Source: a virus
Taxonomy: Duplodnaviria; Caudoviricetes
Reading direction: 5' to 3' (one strand)
Virus record (IMG/VR): IMGVR_UViG_3300020598_000052
Span: 1 to 39,640 of that record
Length of the DNA stretch: 39,640 nt
In this document: piece after piece, positions 7,681 to 16,793 of the stretch
Position numbering within the stretch: position 1 is the stretch's first letter
Layout of the letters: every line of letters starts with the position of its first letter
Position numbers and translations under genes: made by a program
Notes under the pieces: model-generated
The model's input: only the letters and a program-made list of their open reading frames with translations
Database searches by the model: none
Told to the model about the DNA's origin: nothing

Positions 7681-7748
7681 TGCGCTTCTCCAGAGCGAAA
7701 TTTCCGTGGGATTCTAAGCCACCGGCGCTTGCGTGCGCGATAGCGCCG

Positions 7749-8306
7749 CTAGAGGGCGGGTACTTCTGGCCAATCAACGACGGTGGGCCAGCCGGGTTGT
7801 GTGGGCAGATCTCGGAGATCCGTTCTGTACTGGATAAGCGCTGACGGCACCGGACTGCCGGATTCCATGGCCCGCAGGACAAGGGCGTCGCTTTGCTGCA
7901 GCAACGCGTCGCGCTTTGCTGTCGCGATCGCTGCAATCTCGTCCAGTGTGGGCGGCGGCGGATCCACCACCACGGGTGTGCCGTCCTCTTGAGCCTGCAA
8001 AATCTTGCCCGCACTGATGGCTGCCCGCAGCTCAGCGTACCGGGACGCCGACACTTCGACGGCGGATTCTGGGATACCACAAGCCGGGTTGCGGACGGGG
8101 ACGAGGGGCACCTCAGCCTCTGTATCCGGGACCTCGATCATGGGCGGCTCGGCGGCCGCATTATCGGATGGCTGCTCCCATGCCGGATCCGGAATGAGCT
8201 TCGTCGGCCGAACCCACGCCGGATCGGCAATAAGGATAGTCGGCTCTCCATGAATTTCGGTGTCATAAAAGCCGAGCGGCTCCGCTGCAAAAAAAATTCT
8301 CATCAT
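7749..8306 (-). CDS. Tail fibre assembly chaperone
   Basis: GFYDTEIHG N-terminus and C-terminal YRTDLRDLPTQPGWP..DWP motif; directly after the fibre gene. Start reassigned to ATG 8306/8303. Confidence 0.85.
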   Translation of the reverse strand: MMRIFFAAEPLGFYDTEIHGEPTILIADPAWVRPTKLIPDPAWEQPSDNAAAEPPMIEVPDTEAEVPLVPVRNPACGIPESAVEVSASRYAELRAAISAGKILQAQEDGTPVVVDPPPPTLDEIAAIATAKRDALLQQSDALVLRAMESGSPVPSALIQYRTDLRDLPTQPGWPTVVDWPEVPAL

Positions 8307-8310
8307 TCCC

Positions 8311-9015
8311 TCACCAACCGATTGCAATATAGGAGCCGATTTCGGCGCTCGCAGCAAAGTTCTGCACGACAACCTGCCCAGGGCCATCGCCCACCGCTTG
8401 GCCGAACAGCATGACGGCGTTGGTGCCTGGCGCCTGGCGATTGCCAACGACCGCCAGGCAGCGGTTCGGAAATCGAATGGGGTAGCTGAACGCCGACCAG
8501 TTACCATTCACCGCCGTGACGTTGACCGTGTCCCACTGGACAATGATGGCCCGCTTCACTCCCGCCACGATCACAGGAATCTGGAAATAGCCTTGCGGCG
8601 AATTGGCGGCAACGAATTGGCCAAGATTCACGGCATGTTGCGCCTGACTGGCCGCCGCCACGGCGAACAACTGCGCGCTGTCTCCCGCAACCGCGGCAGC
8701 CACCGCCTTCACGAAGGCCGTGGTGGAAATCCGTGTGCTGTTGTCAGTGCTCACCGGTGTAGGCGCGGTCGGTGCCCCGGCAAAGGCGGGGCTCGTCAAC
8801 GGCGCAAACATCTTCTGCAGGGCGGCGAGCACCTGATTGAACTTGGTCTCGTCCGGGACGATGCCTGCAAAGGCGAGAATCGCCAGCAGCTCATCGGTTA
8901 CTGCGTTGCCCCACGCGCTGGGGATCAGGGATCCTACCTGTCCAGTCGTCGCGTTCTCGTCAACGAATTTCCCGTTGACAAGGCCAACCCCCGGAACGCT
9001 TTTCGGGTAATCCAT
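8311..9015 (-). CDS. Short tail fibre protein
   Basis: MDYPKSVPGVGLVNGKFVDEN...GSLIPSAWGNAVTDEL baseplate-attachment N-terminus, SPAFAGAPTAPT shaft repeat, gp53-like C-terminus (IIVQW...YPIRFPN...YIAIGW). Confidence 0.88.
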   Translation of the reverse strand: MDYPKSVPGVGLVNGKFVDENATTGQVGSLIPSAWGNAVTDELLAILAFAGIVPDETKFNQVLAALQKMFAPLTSPAFAGAPTAPTPVSTDNSTRISTTAFVKAVAAAVAGDSAQLFAVAAASQAQHAVNLGQFVAANSPQGYFQIPVIVAGVKRAIIVQWDTVNVTAVNGNWSAFSYPIRFPNRCLAVVGNRQAPGTNAVMLFGQAVGDGPGQVVVQNFAASAEIGSYIAIGW

Positions 9016-9018
9016 TCA

Positions 9019-9618
9019 TCAATCTCCGTAATCGAACAAAACCAAGGTGTGCGCCGGCGCATGCCGGCGAAACAAGCATTCGACGCCCTCATTCGGATTG
9101 GCGCCGAATCGCTCACCCCACACCGAAACGGCCCAGCGCCTGCCGCCCGCCAGGCGCTGGCCGAGGTGGACAGTCCATACGTACTGCTGCCCCCACGTGC
9201 CAAAACGGGCCACCCCAAAGCGGCTGCGGCCAAAGCGCGGCGCCCGATGCTCGGTGATGCGGGCATGGGGATAACCGAGCTCGCGCGCGAGCTCGAGGAA
9301 GTACGCGATCCGTTGGCCGCCCACCGCCACATGCCGGCGCCGGACTGCCTTCTGCCGCTCCTCGAAACTCTGCGCCGGTCCCTGGCAGGGATCGGGCAAG
9401 CCCATCACCCGCTCCCAATCGGGCACCAGCTCGCGCACCGTCAGGGGGTCCATCTCGTTGAGCAAGTCATTCGCCCGCGCGTCGATACGGGCGAACTCAG
9501 GGGCCAGGCCGGCCAGCACCCGGTGCACTGCCGGCGCCTGTTCTGGATCCCAGGCAGGGCCGGGCGGCAGCAGCGCGGCCAGCATTTCCCGGTAGTCGCC
9601 GTCGGTCCTCACAGCCAT
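9019..9618 (-). CDS. Baseplate protein, Mu gp48/YmfQ (DUF2313)-like
   Basis: LLPPGPAW, ELVPDWERVMGLPD, ECLFRRHAPAHT motifs and synteny. Confidence 0.9.
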   Translation of the reverse strand: MAVRTDGDYREMLAALLPPGPAWDPEQAPAVHRVLAGLAPEFARIDARANDLLNEMDPLTVRELVPDWERVMGLPDPCQGPAQSFEERQKAVRRRHVAVGGQRIAYFLELARELGYPHARITEHRAPRFGRSRFGVARFGTWGQQYVWTVHLGQRLAGGRRWAVSVWGERFGANPNEGVECLFRRHAPAHTLVLFDYGD

Positions 9619-10655
9619 GTCACGCTCCCGAAGGTCGGGATCTCGTTCGGCGCCAACCCGACGTTTGCCGCCGGCGCGATCAGCTCGTGGTCGTTCTCCC
9701 CGGGCGCCTGGCTGATCGCCTCGGCCAGATGGGTGCGCAGCACGGTCACGCCGAGATCGCCCTCGCGCTTGATCAGATCGCGCAGGCTCTTCTCCACCGC
9801 CGCGCGTGTCGTGTTGGTGTCGGGCGAGAGACGGATCTGAAAGTGCAGCGGCTTGTCCTTGGGAGCCAGCACGTAAAGCTCCGCCGTGACGGGACGCTCG
9901 GCCTCGATGTGGTCGCGGACGGCATCGAGCGATGCCTGGCTGGGGATGGGGTTGGGGTCATCGTCGCGCATCACGAACACGCCGACCGTGCCGAGGCCCA
10001 TATAGTGGCGCCGGCACCAGGCGCGCGTGATGCCCGGCACCTCGCGCGCCCAAGTCTCGTAGTCGTCCGCGTTGCCGCCGTCCGGCACGATGCGGTAGGA
10101 CCGGATCACGCGCTGCCGCAACGCCTCGATGCTTTCCTGCTCGGTGCCACCGGTGATGCCGGGCGCCAGCACCGTCGCGTTCGGCGCGATGCCGAGCACC
10201 GGCGACACCAACTCGAGCCCGGCACCGGCGGGCAGGTTGCCGGCCACGCCAGGCTCGACGGCGCTCACCGTCACCGTTGCCTGCCCGGCCGTCAGTGTCA
10301 CCGGAGCGTTCACGGCATAGCGTCGGCCGTCGGCATACTGCAGCACCACGGTCTGGTCGATCACGGCGCCGACCTGGCCGACCACCGTGACAGGCCCGGT
10401 CGCCGCGACGGCTTCGCGGCGCGGCACCTTCAGGCGGAACTTGGCGAGGCGAATCAGCATGTCCTCTTCGCACTCGTCCGGCAGGATCTGCTTGGCGATG
10501 AAGGCAAGATAGCCGTGCAGTTCGTGCGCGCCGCCCGCGTGCACGCGGCCCAGCACGATCTGGTCGGAGCGGCGCAACACCCGCTCGGTGGCGCCTGCCA
10601 GATCCGCATCGGTGCGCTCGATCAATTTCGGAAGGGTCGGAGTATCAAACGGCAT
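9609..10655 (-). CDS. Baseplate J-like wedge protein (Mu gp47)
   Basis: KQILPDEC, GGTEQESIEALRQR, GGNADDYETWAREVPGITRAW motifs. Start at ATG 10655. Confidence 0.92.
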   Translation of the reverse strand: MPFDTPTLPKLIERTDADLAGATERVLRRSDQIVLGRVHAGGAHELHGYLAFIAKQILPDECEEDMLIRLAKFRLKVPRREAVAATGPVTVVGQVGAVIDQTVVLQYADGRRYAVNAPVTLTAGQATVTVSAVEPGVAGNLPAGAGLELVSPVLGIAPNATVLAPGITGGTEQESIEALRQRVIRSYRIVPDGGNADDYETWAREVPGITRAWCRRHYMGLGTVGVFVMRDDDPNPIPSQASLDAVRDHIEAERPVTAELYVLAPKDKPLHFQIRLSPDTNTTRAAVEKSLRDLIKREGDLGVTVLRTHLAEAISQAPGENDHELIAPAANVGLAPNEIPTFGSVTWL

Positions 10656-11049
10656 GGGCGATCTGCCAAAGGTCGTTGAAGTTGAATTGCGCAAGCGTGG
10701 CGCCGGCGTCGTCGTACAGCGTCACCAGCAGATCCAGGCGCCCGCGCACGGTGTTGAAGGACTGCACCGCCACGCGCGCCACGAGGTCGTCCTCGACCAT
10801 CCAGCGCAGCGCCTCGTGGGCGTAGTCGACGGCGAGGCGCAGCACCTCGGGCGTGATCGTGCGCCGGCGCAGCAGCCACAGCCGGGAGCCAATCCGATCG
10901 CCCGCGATGGCGGGGAAGCTGTCGCCCCACCAGCCCATGCGCTGATCGTCATCGAGCCGATCGTCGGGCTCGGCGCGCCGCCAGGTGAAGAGGCTGATCA
11001 CCACCGCGCGATAGAGCAGCGCCTCGTCTGCGCTCAGGGTCGTCGTCAT
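10645..11049 (-). CDS. Mu gp46-like baseplate protein
   Basis: AVVISLFTWRRA, GWWGD and IGSRLWLLRR motifs. Confidence 0.92.
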   Translation of the reverse strand: MTTTLSADEALLYRAVVISLFTWRRAEPDDRLDDDQRMGWWGDSFPAIAGDRIGSRLWLLRRRTITPEVLRLAVDYAHEALRWMVEDDLVARVAVQSFNTVRGRLDLLVTLYDDAGATLAQFNFNDLWQIAHAV

Positions 11050-11636
11050 ACCGGTTCGTCCGTGATGCTTCCGGTTTCGGGGTGCCGGTGGTGCACGGCG
11101 CTCTTGCCGCCGGCGACCACGTCGTCGGACACAGCGACCGTGCCGGCCACGGTGACCGCGGCCCCGCCAGCGCCGCCCGCGACAGCGAGCCCGTCCTGCG
11201 CGGTCAACGGCCCCTGCGACACGACCGCGTCCGACGCCACCACCTGCGGCGTATTGAGCTCGACCCGCTCCGACGCATTGACCCGGAAAATCCGCGTGGT
11301 CAGCTCGGCGATGCGCCCGCGCTTCATTACCAGCTTGTCGCCCTCGTCGGTGTAGATGGCGACCTCGCCGGGCTTCAAGCCAAGATGGCGATACCGGCGA
11401 TCGGTGACGCAGACCGTCACGGCGTGGCTGCGATCGCCGCTCGGGAACAGCACCAGCGCCTCGGCGCCGTCGTGCGGGCAGCTGGTGTAGCCGTACGGCT
11501 CGAAATGCTCCACGCCGTCCTTGACCTCCTGGGCGGTCAGGCGCAGCTGCAGCGTCTGCAGCTTGCGCTGCGCGTCGGCCAGCGCCACCACGCCGCGAGC
11601 GATCATGCCGACCACCCGCTGACTGATTGCGGACAT
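11046..11636 (-). CDS. Baseplate spike (Mu gp45/gpV-like)
   Basis: VEHFEPYGYTS, DRRYR..GL.PGEVAIY and C-terminal HxH (HHRH) metal-binding tip. Start at the TGATG overlap. Confidence 0.92.
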   Translation of the reverse strand: MSAISQRVVGMIARGVVALADAQRKLQTLQLRLTAQEVKDGVEHFEPYGYTSCPHDGAEALVLFPSGDRSHAVTVCVTDRRYRHLGLKPGEVAIYTDEGDKLVMKRGRIAELTTRIFRVNASERVELNTPQVVASDAVVSQGPLTAQDGLAVAGGAGGAAVTVAGTVAVSDDVVAGGKSAVHHRHPETGSITDEPV

Positions 11637-12751
11637 CACTGTTTCTCCCAATCTTCGGGCAGCAGGTAGACGAAGTCGTCCTTGCCCTTGCCCTTCTTGA
11701 TGCGTCGCTTCTTGCCTGGCTCGGGCGGCTCGGCCTCGTAGCCGTCCGGCGGCGCCACGGTCATCGTGGCGAGCGTGCCGGCCGCCTCCGACAGGCCGTA
11801 CTCGATCTCGACGATCAGCATGTCGCGATCGAAGCCGACCAGCGGGTCGATCACGCGCACCACCTGGTTGTGGCGCCACAGCGCGCCGTTGGACTGGCGC
11901 CAGCCCTGTACCACGTAGGTCGCCTTGAGCGCCTTGCTGATGCGGTTCTCGCGCTCCCATGCCACGCGCCGCCGCGACAGCGCCGGCGTGGTCTGGCCGC
12001 TCTCGTGCAGCACCAGCACGCGTTTGCGCCCCATGCGTGTGTCGGTGACGCGCGCCTCGACCTCACTGGCGGCGAGGCCGAACACCTGATCGTTGCCGGC
12101 GCGCTGGCCCTTGCTGACGTACTCGGAGAACACGTCGGCAAAGTCGAGCGGCACCTTGCCGCTGAGCACGTTCTTGCCGCGCTCGAGTGCATCGACGGCG
12201 CGCCCGGCGCTGCCGGGCCGTGCGATCACCAGGCGCCCGCGCTCGTCGTCGGTCGACAGCAGCTGCGATACGCGCAGCAGCCGGTCGATCGACTCAAAGG
12301 CGGTCTCGCCGGGCTGGATGGTGTGATCGGCCAGCGCCGTCCCGTCAGCCTGTTCGCTGGTCACCGTGACGCCGTAGGGCGACGCCAGCGCCTCCACGAT
12401 CCGGCGCACCGGCTGATTGCGCCACTGGCCGGGCTGGTTGATGGCGCCGCAGTCGACCAGGTCGGCTGTCAGTGAGCGGCCGGCGATCGAGGTGGTGATG
12501 CGGTCGGCGTCCCAGCTGACCGGCGTGGCGAACACGTAGCCGGTCAGCACCAGCTCGCTGCCGATGCGGATCTCGCAGCGGTCGCCCTGCCGGATCTGAC
12601 GCGGCCGCTCGCCGCCGCCGGGAAAGCGCCAAGTGATGCCGACCTCGAAGTCGCGCGCCTGGCGCTCGATGCCGGCGCCGATGCGCACCTCCTTCCAGCC
12701 GGCGAAGTCCAGGCCGTTGACCGTCAGGGTCACTTCGCTGGCGCCGCTCAT
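11636..12751 (-). CDS. Baseplate hub protein (Mu gpP/gp44-like)
   Basis: GWKEVRIGAGIERQARDF, GRSLTADLVDC, VQGWRQSNGALWRHN motifs. Confidence 0.92.
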   Translation of the reverse strand: MSGASEVTLTVNGLDFAGWKEVRIGAGIERQARDFEVGITWRFPGGGERPRQIRQGDRCEIRIGSELVLTGYVFATPVSWDADRITTSIAGRSLTADLVDCGAINQPGQWRNQPVRRIVEALASPYGVTVTSEQADGTALADHTIQPGETAFESIDRLLRVSQLLSTDDERGRLVIARPGSAGRAVDALERGKNVLSGKVPLDFADVFSEYVSKGQRAGNDQVFGLAASEVEARVTDTRMGRKRVLVLHESGQTTPALSRRRVAWERENRISKALKATYVVQGWRQSNGALWRHNQVVRVIDPLVGFDRDMLIVEIEYGLSEAAGTLATMTVAPPDGYEAEPPEPGKKRRIKKGKGKDDFVYLLPEDWEKQ

Positions 12752-13986
12752 GACGCGGCCACCTGCAGCGGCGCGGCGGGCACGAAGCCCGGATGCGCGA
12801 CGCGGTTGCGCGCGACCACCTCGGCCGCGCGAGTAGCGTCGCCATACCGGCCATACGCCAGCACCAACGACGGCATCGGCTGCGCCGGCGTGACCGTGAC
12901 CAAGCGCACGCCCTGCCGCGCCACCGCCAGCAGATGGCGTCCGGTCTGGATGCGCGCCTCGGTCAGCGCCTGGAAGTGCGACTGCGGCGCCGTCAGCGTC
13001 TGCGTCCACAGCGCCTCGGTCACGGCCTCGCGCAGTTCGAGCACATCGTCGGCGACCGGCGTGTCGGGCAACGCGATCGGCTGCAGCACCTGCACCTCGA
13101 CCGCCGGCACGGCTGCCGGCGCCGGGATTGGGGTCACGATCGGTATTTCGCCCGCTTCGATCACCGTGTCAGCCAGAATCACGTCCTGCAGCAGCGAGAC
13201 GGCAGCCAGCTGCAGCGCGGCGGTCTCCTGCCCCTGCGGCACGGGGATCTCGGCCAGCCGGCGCACCGCCTCCGTCTTGCCGAGCAGACTGCCAATGCCC
13301 AGCGAGAAGCCGTCGAAGCTGTGCAGCGCGCCGCCGGCACTCGTGAATACGCCGCGGATGATGCCGATCAGATCGCCGGGCGCATTTACCAGTAGGCCGG
13401 CCAGGTTCTGCACGGTACCCAGGGCAAAGTAGATCGGCGCCGCATACTCCTGCACCACGTCGAGAATCCCCTGCACGCCCTTGATGAGCTGCCCGGCGGA
13501 GGTCTGCGCCAGATTGATGTAGCTGAGCGCCGTGCTGTAGCGCGACATCGCGCTGTCGAGCAGGTTGGCGCCGCTGGCCGCAGCCAGCTTGCCGGTATTC
13601 GCCACGCCGGCCGGATAGGTCAGTTCTGGCGATTCGGTGAAGGTCAACTCGAAGCGGACCAGCCCGCCCTCGGCATAGGCGTGGACCATCTCTCCCACGC
13701 CGGCAGTTACGCGCAGCGTGCCGAGCCAGGGATGCACCAGCTCGCCCGGCCCCTCGGTTTCCAGCGCCTCGAGCAGCGCGTCACGCTGCTCGAGGCAGTC
13801 CGGCCCGATCACGAACGCGGTGACCTTGTGTTCCCGTGTCACCCGCCCCATGTCCTCGACATAGGGCCGGTCCTTGCCCGGGTATTCGTGCGTGACCGTC
13901 CGCCGACCGACCGGCACCTTGTCAGCCTCGACCTCGAACGGCACGCCGCGAAACGAGCCCGGGCGCAATGCATCGCGCCAGCTCAC
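12748..13986 (-). CDS. Mu gpN-like DNA circularisation/tail protein
   Basis: WRDALRPGSFRGVPF...GRR.VTHEYP...PYVEDMG, LVHPWLG, C-terminal RN.VAHPGFVP. Confidence 0.92.
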   Translation of the reverse strand: MSWRDALRPGSFRGVPFEVEADKVPVGRRTVTHEYPGKDRPYVEDMGRVTREHKVTAFVIGPDCLEQRDALLEALETEGPGELVHPWLGTLRVTAGVGEMVHAYAEGGLVRFELTFTESPELTYPAGVANTGKLAAASGANLLDSAMSRYSTALSYINLAQTSAGQLIKGVQGILDVVQEYAAPIYFALGTVQNLAGLLVNAPGDLIGIIRGVFTSAGGALHSFDGFSLGIGSLLGKTEAVRRLAEIPVPQGQETAALQLAAVSLLQDVILADTVIEAGEIPIVTPIPAPAAVPAVEVQVLQPIALPDTPVADDVLELREAVTEALWTQTLTAPQSHFQALTEARIQTGRHLLAVARQGVRLVTVTPAQPMPSLVLAYGRYGDATRAAEVVARNRVAHPGFVPAAPLQVAAS

Positions 13987-14005
13987 TGTGATACCTCCGT
14001 TGGAA

Positions 14006-15943
14006 TTAGCTCGCCGCCAGCGAGCGATAGCCGACGCGCGGCGTGATCGTCAGCCCGGGTTGATTGCTGGTGCCAGGATCGACCCGCGTGCCTGGCGGCG
14101 CGCCCTCGAAGCGGACCACCATGTCGCCGCGCAGCTGCTGGGTCTGCGCGGCCTTCGCCGACAGCGAGGCCGACCAGTCGCGCAGGCCCTGCGTGCCAGC
14201 GCGCAGGCCAGTGCCGACCGCGGCGGTCGCCCCGCCGCTGGACTGACCGCCGCCGAAGAACGCCCCCACCTTCTGCCCGACCCACTGCGCGCCGCTCATC
14301 AGCGGCTCGATGTAGGGCCGCACCCGATCCCACAGGCCGCGGAACCAATCCACGATGGGCTCCCAGTTCGACACGATCCAGCCCAGCGGCGTGTAGCTCA
14401 GGATCAGCGCCTTGACGCCGTCCCATGCCACCGCCGTCAGCGCGCGCACGGTGTCCCACAGCGCGCCGAAGAACTCGGTGAGCGAGCCCCAGTTGTTGAT
14501 GATCAGCCCGAGCGGCGTGAAATCGAGGGCGCCGCGGATCCAGCCCCAGGCCGTTTCGGCCGCGCCCTTGATGCCGCCCCACACCGAAGCAAAGAACGGC
14601 GCCACGGCCGACCAGTTGGCGATCAGCAGACCCGCCGCGCCCGCGATCACGCGGACGGCAATGCCGATCGGCGACAGGCCGGTCACCGCGTTGAAGACGC
14701 GCATGGCGGTCGTCACCCCGACCACCGCCAGCTTGAGCACGCCCAGGCCCACCGCCACGCCCAGCACGCCCTTGATCAGCTCGGGATTGGCCGCGGCCAA
14801 GTCGGACATCCGGTCTACCAGCGGCCCGGCAAAGGCCAACAACTCATTGAGCGGCGGCAGCAGGATGTTGCCGACCGCGATGCCCACTGCCGCAGCGCGG
14901 TTGCGCATCAGCTGCAAGCCGTTGGCGGTGGTGGCCGCCCTCGCCTCGTACTCCTTGCTCATCGAGCCGGCGTAGGCGGTCGCGTCGCCGACCTTGCGGA
15001 AGTTCTGCCGCAGCAGATCCATGTTGGTCAGCAGCGGCGCGATCGCGCCGATCGACTCCTTGCCGAACAGGCCGTCGAGCACCGCAGCCTGCTTGTCCTT
15101 GTCGACCTTGCTGATGGCGGTAAGCACGCGCATGACGGTGCCCTCCGCATCCTTCTGCATGGCAGTAGCCAGCTGCTTGGAGTCGAGCCGCAGGGCCTTG
15201 AAGGTGGCCTGCTGCTCCTTGGTCGCTGAGGTGCCGGCCGTCAGCGCCAACATGAAGTTCTTCATGCCGGTGGCGGCGATCTCCTCGCCGACGCCCATGC
15301 CGGCCAGCGTGGCGCCCATCGCGGCGATCTGGCCGGCGGCCAGCCCGGCAACCTCCCCGAGCGGACCAATGCGCGTGACGATCTCGGAGATCTGGCGCGC
15401 GTTGGCCGGCCCAGTGTTACCCAGGTAGTTGATCTGGTCGGCCAGGGCCACCACCTGGTCCTGGCCGAGCTTGAAGGCGGTGCGCCACTTGGCCATCATG
15501 TCGCCGGCCTGGTCGGCCGACTGGTCGAAGGCCACGCCCATCTTGACCGCGTCCTCGGTGAAGCGCGGCAGCTCATCGCGCGCGATGCCGGCTTGGCCGC
15601 CGGCCGCGGTGATCGCCGCGATGTCCTTGGCCGCCATCGGCAGCCGCTTGGACATACCAAGGATGTCGTCGCCCATTTCCTTGAACTGCGCCGGCGTCTC
15701 GAAATCGACCACCTTGCGCACGTCCGCCATGGCCGACTCGAAGTCGATCGCCGCTCGGGTGGCCGCCACCACCGGCGCGGCCAGTGCACCGCCCTGGATC
15801 ACGTCGCGGAACGACAGGTCACCCAGGCCATCGGCCTTGAGGGCCTTGCGAAACCCCGCGACGTTCTTGCGGATGCCAGCCAGCGCCGGCGACAGCTTGT
15901 CGACGCCGGTGATCAGCGCCTTGAGCTGGAACTTGTCAGCCAT
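14006..15943 (-). CDS. Tail tape measure protein
   Basis: 645-aa Ala-rich protein with FESAMADVRKVVDF TP901-type core and Trp-periodic C-terminal repeats; follows the tail chaperones. Confidence 0.93.
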   Translation of the reverse strand: MADKFQLKALITGVDKLSPALAGIRKNVAGFRKALKADGLGDLSFRDVIQGGALAAPVVAATRAAIDFESAMADVRKVVDFETPAQFKEMGDDILGMSKRLPMAAKDIAAITAAGGQAGIARDELPRFTEDAVKMGVAFDQSADQAGDMMAKWRTAFKLGQDQVVALADQINYLGNTGPANARQISEIVTRIGPLGEVAGLAAGQIAAMGATLAGMGVGEEIAATGMKNFMLALTAGTSATKEQQATFKALRLDSKQLATAMQKDAEGTVMRVLTAISKVDKDKQAAVLDGLFGKESIGAIAPLLTNMDLLRQNFRKVGDATAYAGSMSKEYEARAATTANGLQLMRNRAAAVGIAVGNILLPPLNELLAFAGPLVDRMSDLAAANPELIKGVLGVAVGLGVLKLAVVGVTTAMRVFNAVTGLSPIGIAVRVIAGAAGLLIANWSAVAPFFASVWGGIKGAAETAWGWIRGALDFTPLGLIINNWGSLTEFFGALWDTVRALTAVAWDGVKALILSYTPLGWIVSNWEPIVDWFRGLWDRVRPYIEPLMSGAQWVGQKVGAFFGGGQSSGGATAAVGTGLRAGTQGLRDWSASLSAKAAQTQQLRGDMVVRFEGAPPGTRVDPGTSNQPGLTITPRVGYRSLAAS

Positions 15944-15946
15944 GGA

Positions 15947-16126
15947 TTACTCCGGGTCGGCACCACGCTCGAGCCGCACCAGCCGCTGGGCCTGGTCGAA
16001 ATGCTCGACCACGATGCTCAGCGGCCGGGTCATTTCGACCTCCGGGTCGATGCGGTGAAAGCGCGCGACCTCGTAGACCGCGTCGATCAACTCGTTGCAG
16101 TCTACGAGGCCTTTTTCAAGAAAAAA
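15947..16126 (-). CDS. Frameshift extension of the tail assembly chaperone (G-T / E+E' type)
   Basis: The -1 frame is open from the slippery T TTT TTC (16126-16120) to a stop 3 bp before the tape measure start. Confidence 0.75.
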   Translation of the reverse strand, partial: FFLEKGLVDCNELIDAVYEVARFHRIDPEVEMTRPLSIVVEHFDQAQRLVRLERGADPE

Positions 16127-16383
16127 CCGGCGATCACCCAGCACAGTTTGTTGAAGTCGCCGATGTCGATCTGGTCGACCGACGACGGCGGGATGCCAGC
16201 GAGGCGCACGATGTAGGCATGCGCGGCGGTCGGGTTCAGCTGCACCGCATCGTCCGCGGCGACCCAGTACGGGATCGCCTTGACCGCGCGCGCGTCCTCC
16301 GGTGTCGGCTCACGCAGCACCAGTTCGTGCAGCGTTTCCTTGTGCGCCTCGATGGGCTTGCTCAGTGGGAAAGTGGTGCTCAT
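16102..16383 (-). CDS. Tail assembly chaperone (Mu gp41-like)
   Basis: LSKPIEAH....ELVLREPT and terminal IAGFF motifs; lies between tube and tape measure. Confidence 0.88.
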   Translation of the reverse strand: MSTTFPLSKPIEAHKETLHELVLREPTPEDARAVKAIPYWVAADDAVQLNPTAAHAYIVRLAGIPPSSVDQIDIGDFNKLCWVIAGFFLKKAS

Positions 16384-16727
16384 TGCCACACGCCCTCCAC
16401 GCCGTTGAACTCGAGCGCGACCTTGCCGTCGTCGCTGTTATGGGCGGGCTCGCCGACCACGTACGCGCCGGTCAGGATGTAGGTCTTCCCGTTCTTGAAT
16501 TCGACCGTCACGGTCATGTTGATGGCGTCCTGCAGCTTCTTGATCGGGAAGTTGCGGGTGAATGCCACATCGCCCTTGACGTAGGGAATGAGGTCCTCTT
16601 CCTTGAACTTGCCCGGGCGCAGGCTCTCGCGCTTGTACTTGCTGATGGGCGCCTCGAAGGCGCCCATCGAATCGAACTGCTCGCCGTCCGCCTTGACGTA
16701 GACGGTGCCGGCAATCTTTTGACCCAT
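16380..16727 (-). CDS. Tail tube protein (Mu gpM-like)
   Basis: KIAGTVYVKADG, NGKTYILTGAY, LEFNG motifs; follows the sheath. Confidence 0.88.
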   Translation of the reverse strand: MGQKIAGTVYVKADGEQFDSMGAFEAPISKYKRESLRPGKFKEEDLIPYVKGDVAFTRNFPIKKLQDAINMTVTVEFKNGKTYILTGAYVVGEPAHNSDDGKVALEFNGVEGVWQ

Positions 16728-16793
16728 AGCGGTCTCCTGAAAGCGAAGCGGCCCGCCAAAGGGCGGGCCGCGAGGGTTGCATCGGGTACGGCG

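Noticed and set aside
7749-9015. Diversity-generating retroelement or invertible fibre cassette
   Set aside because: No reverse transcriptase, invertase, template/variable repeat pair or alternative tip seen.
13983-14582. Possible frameshifted second part of the tape measure
   Set aside because: The 645-aa frame is continuous to its own stop; this alternative frame has no motifs.
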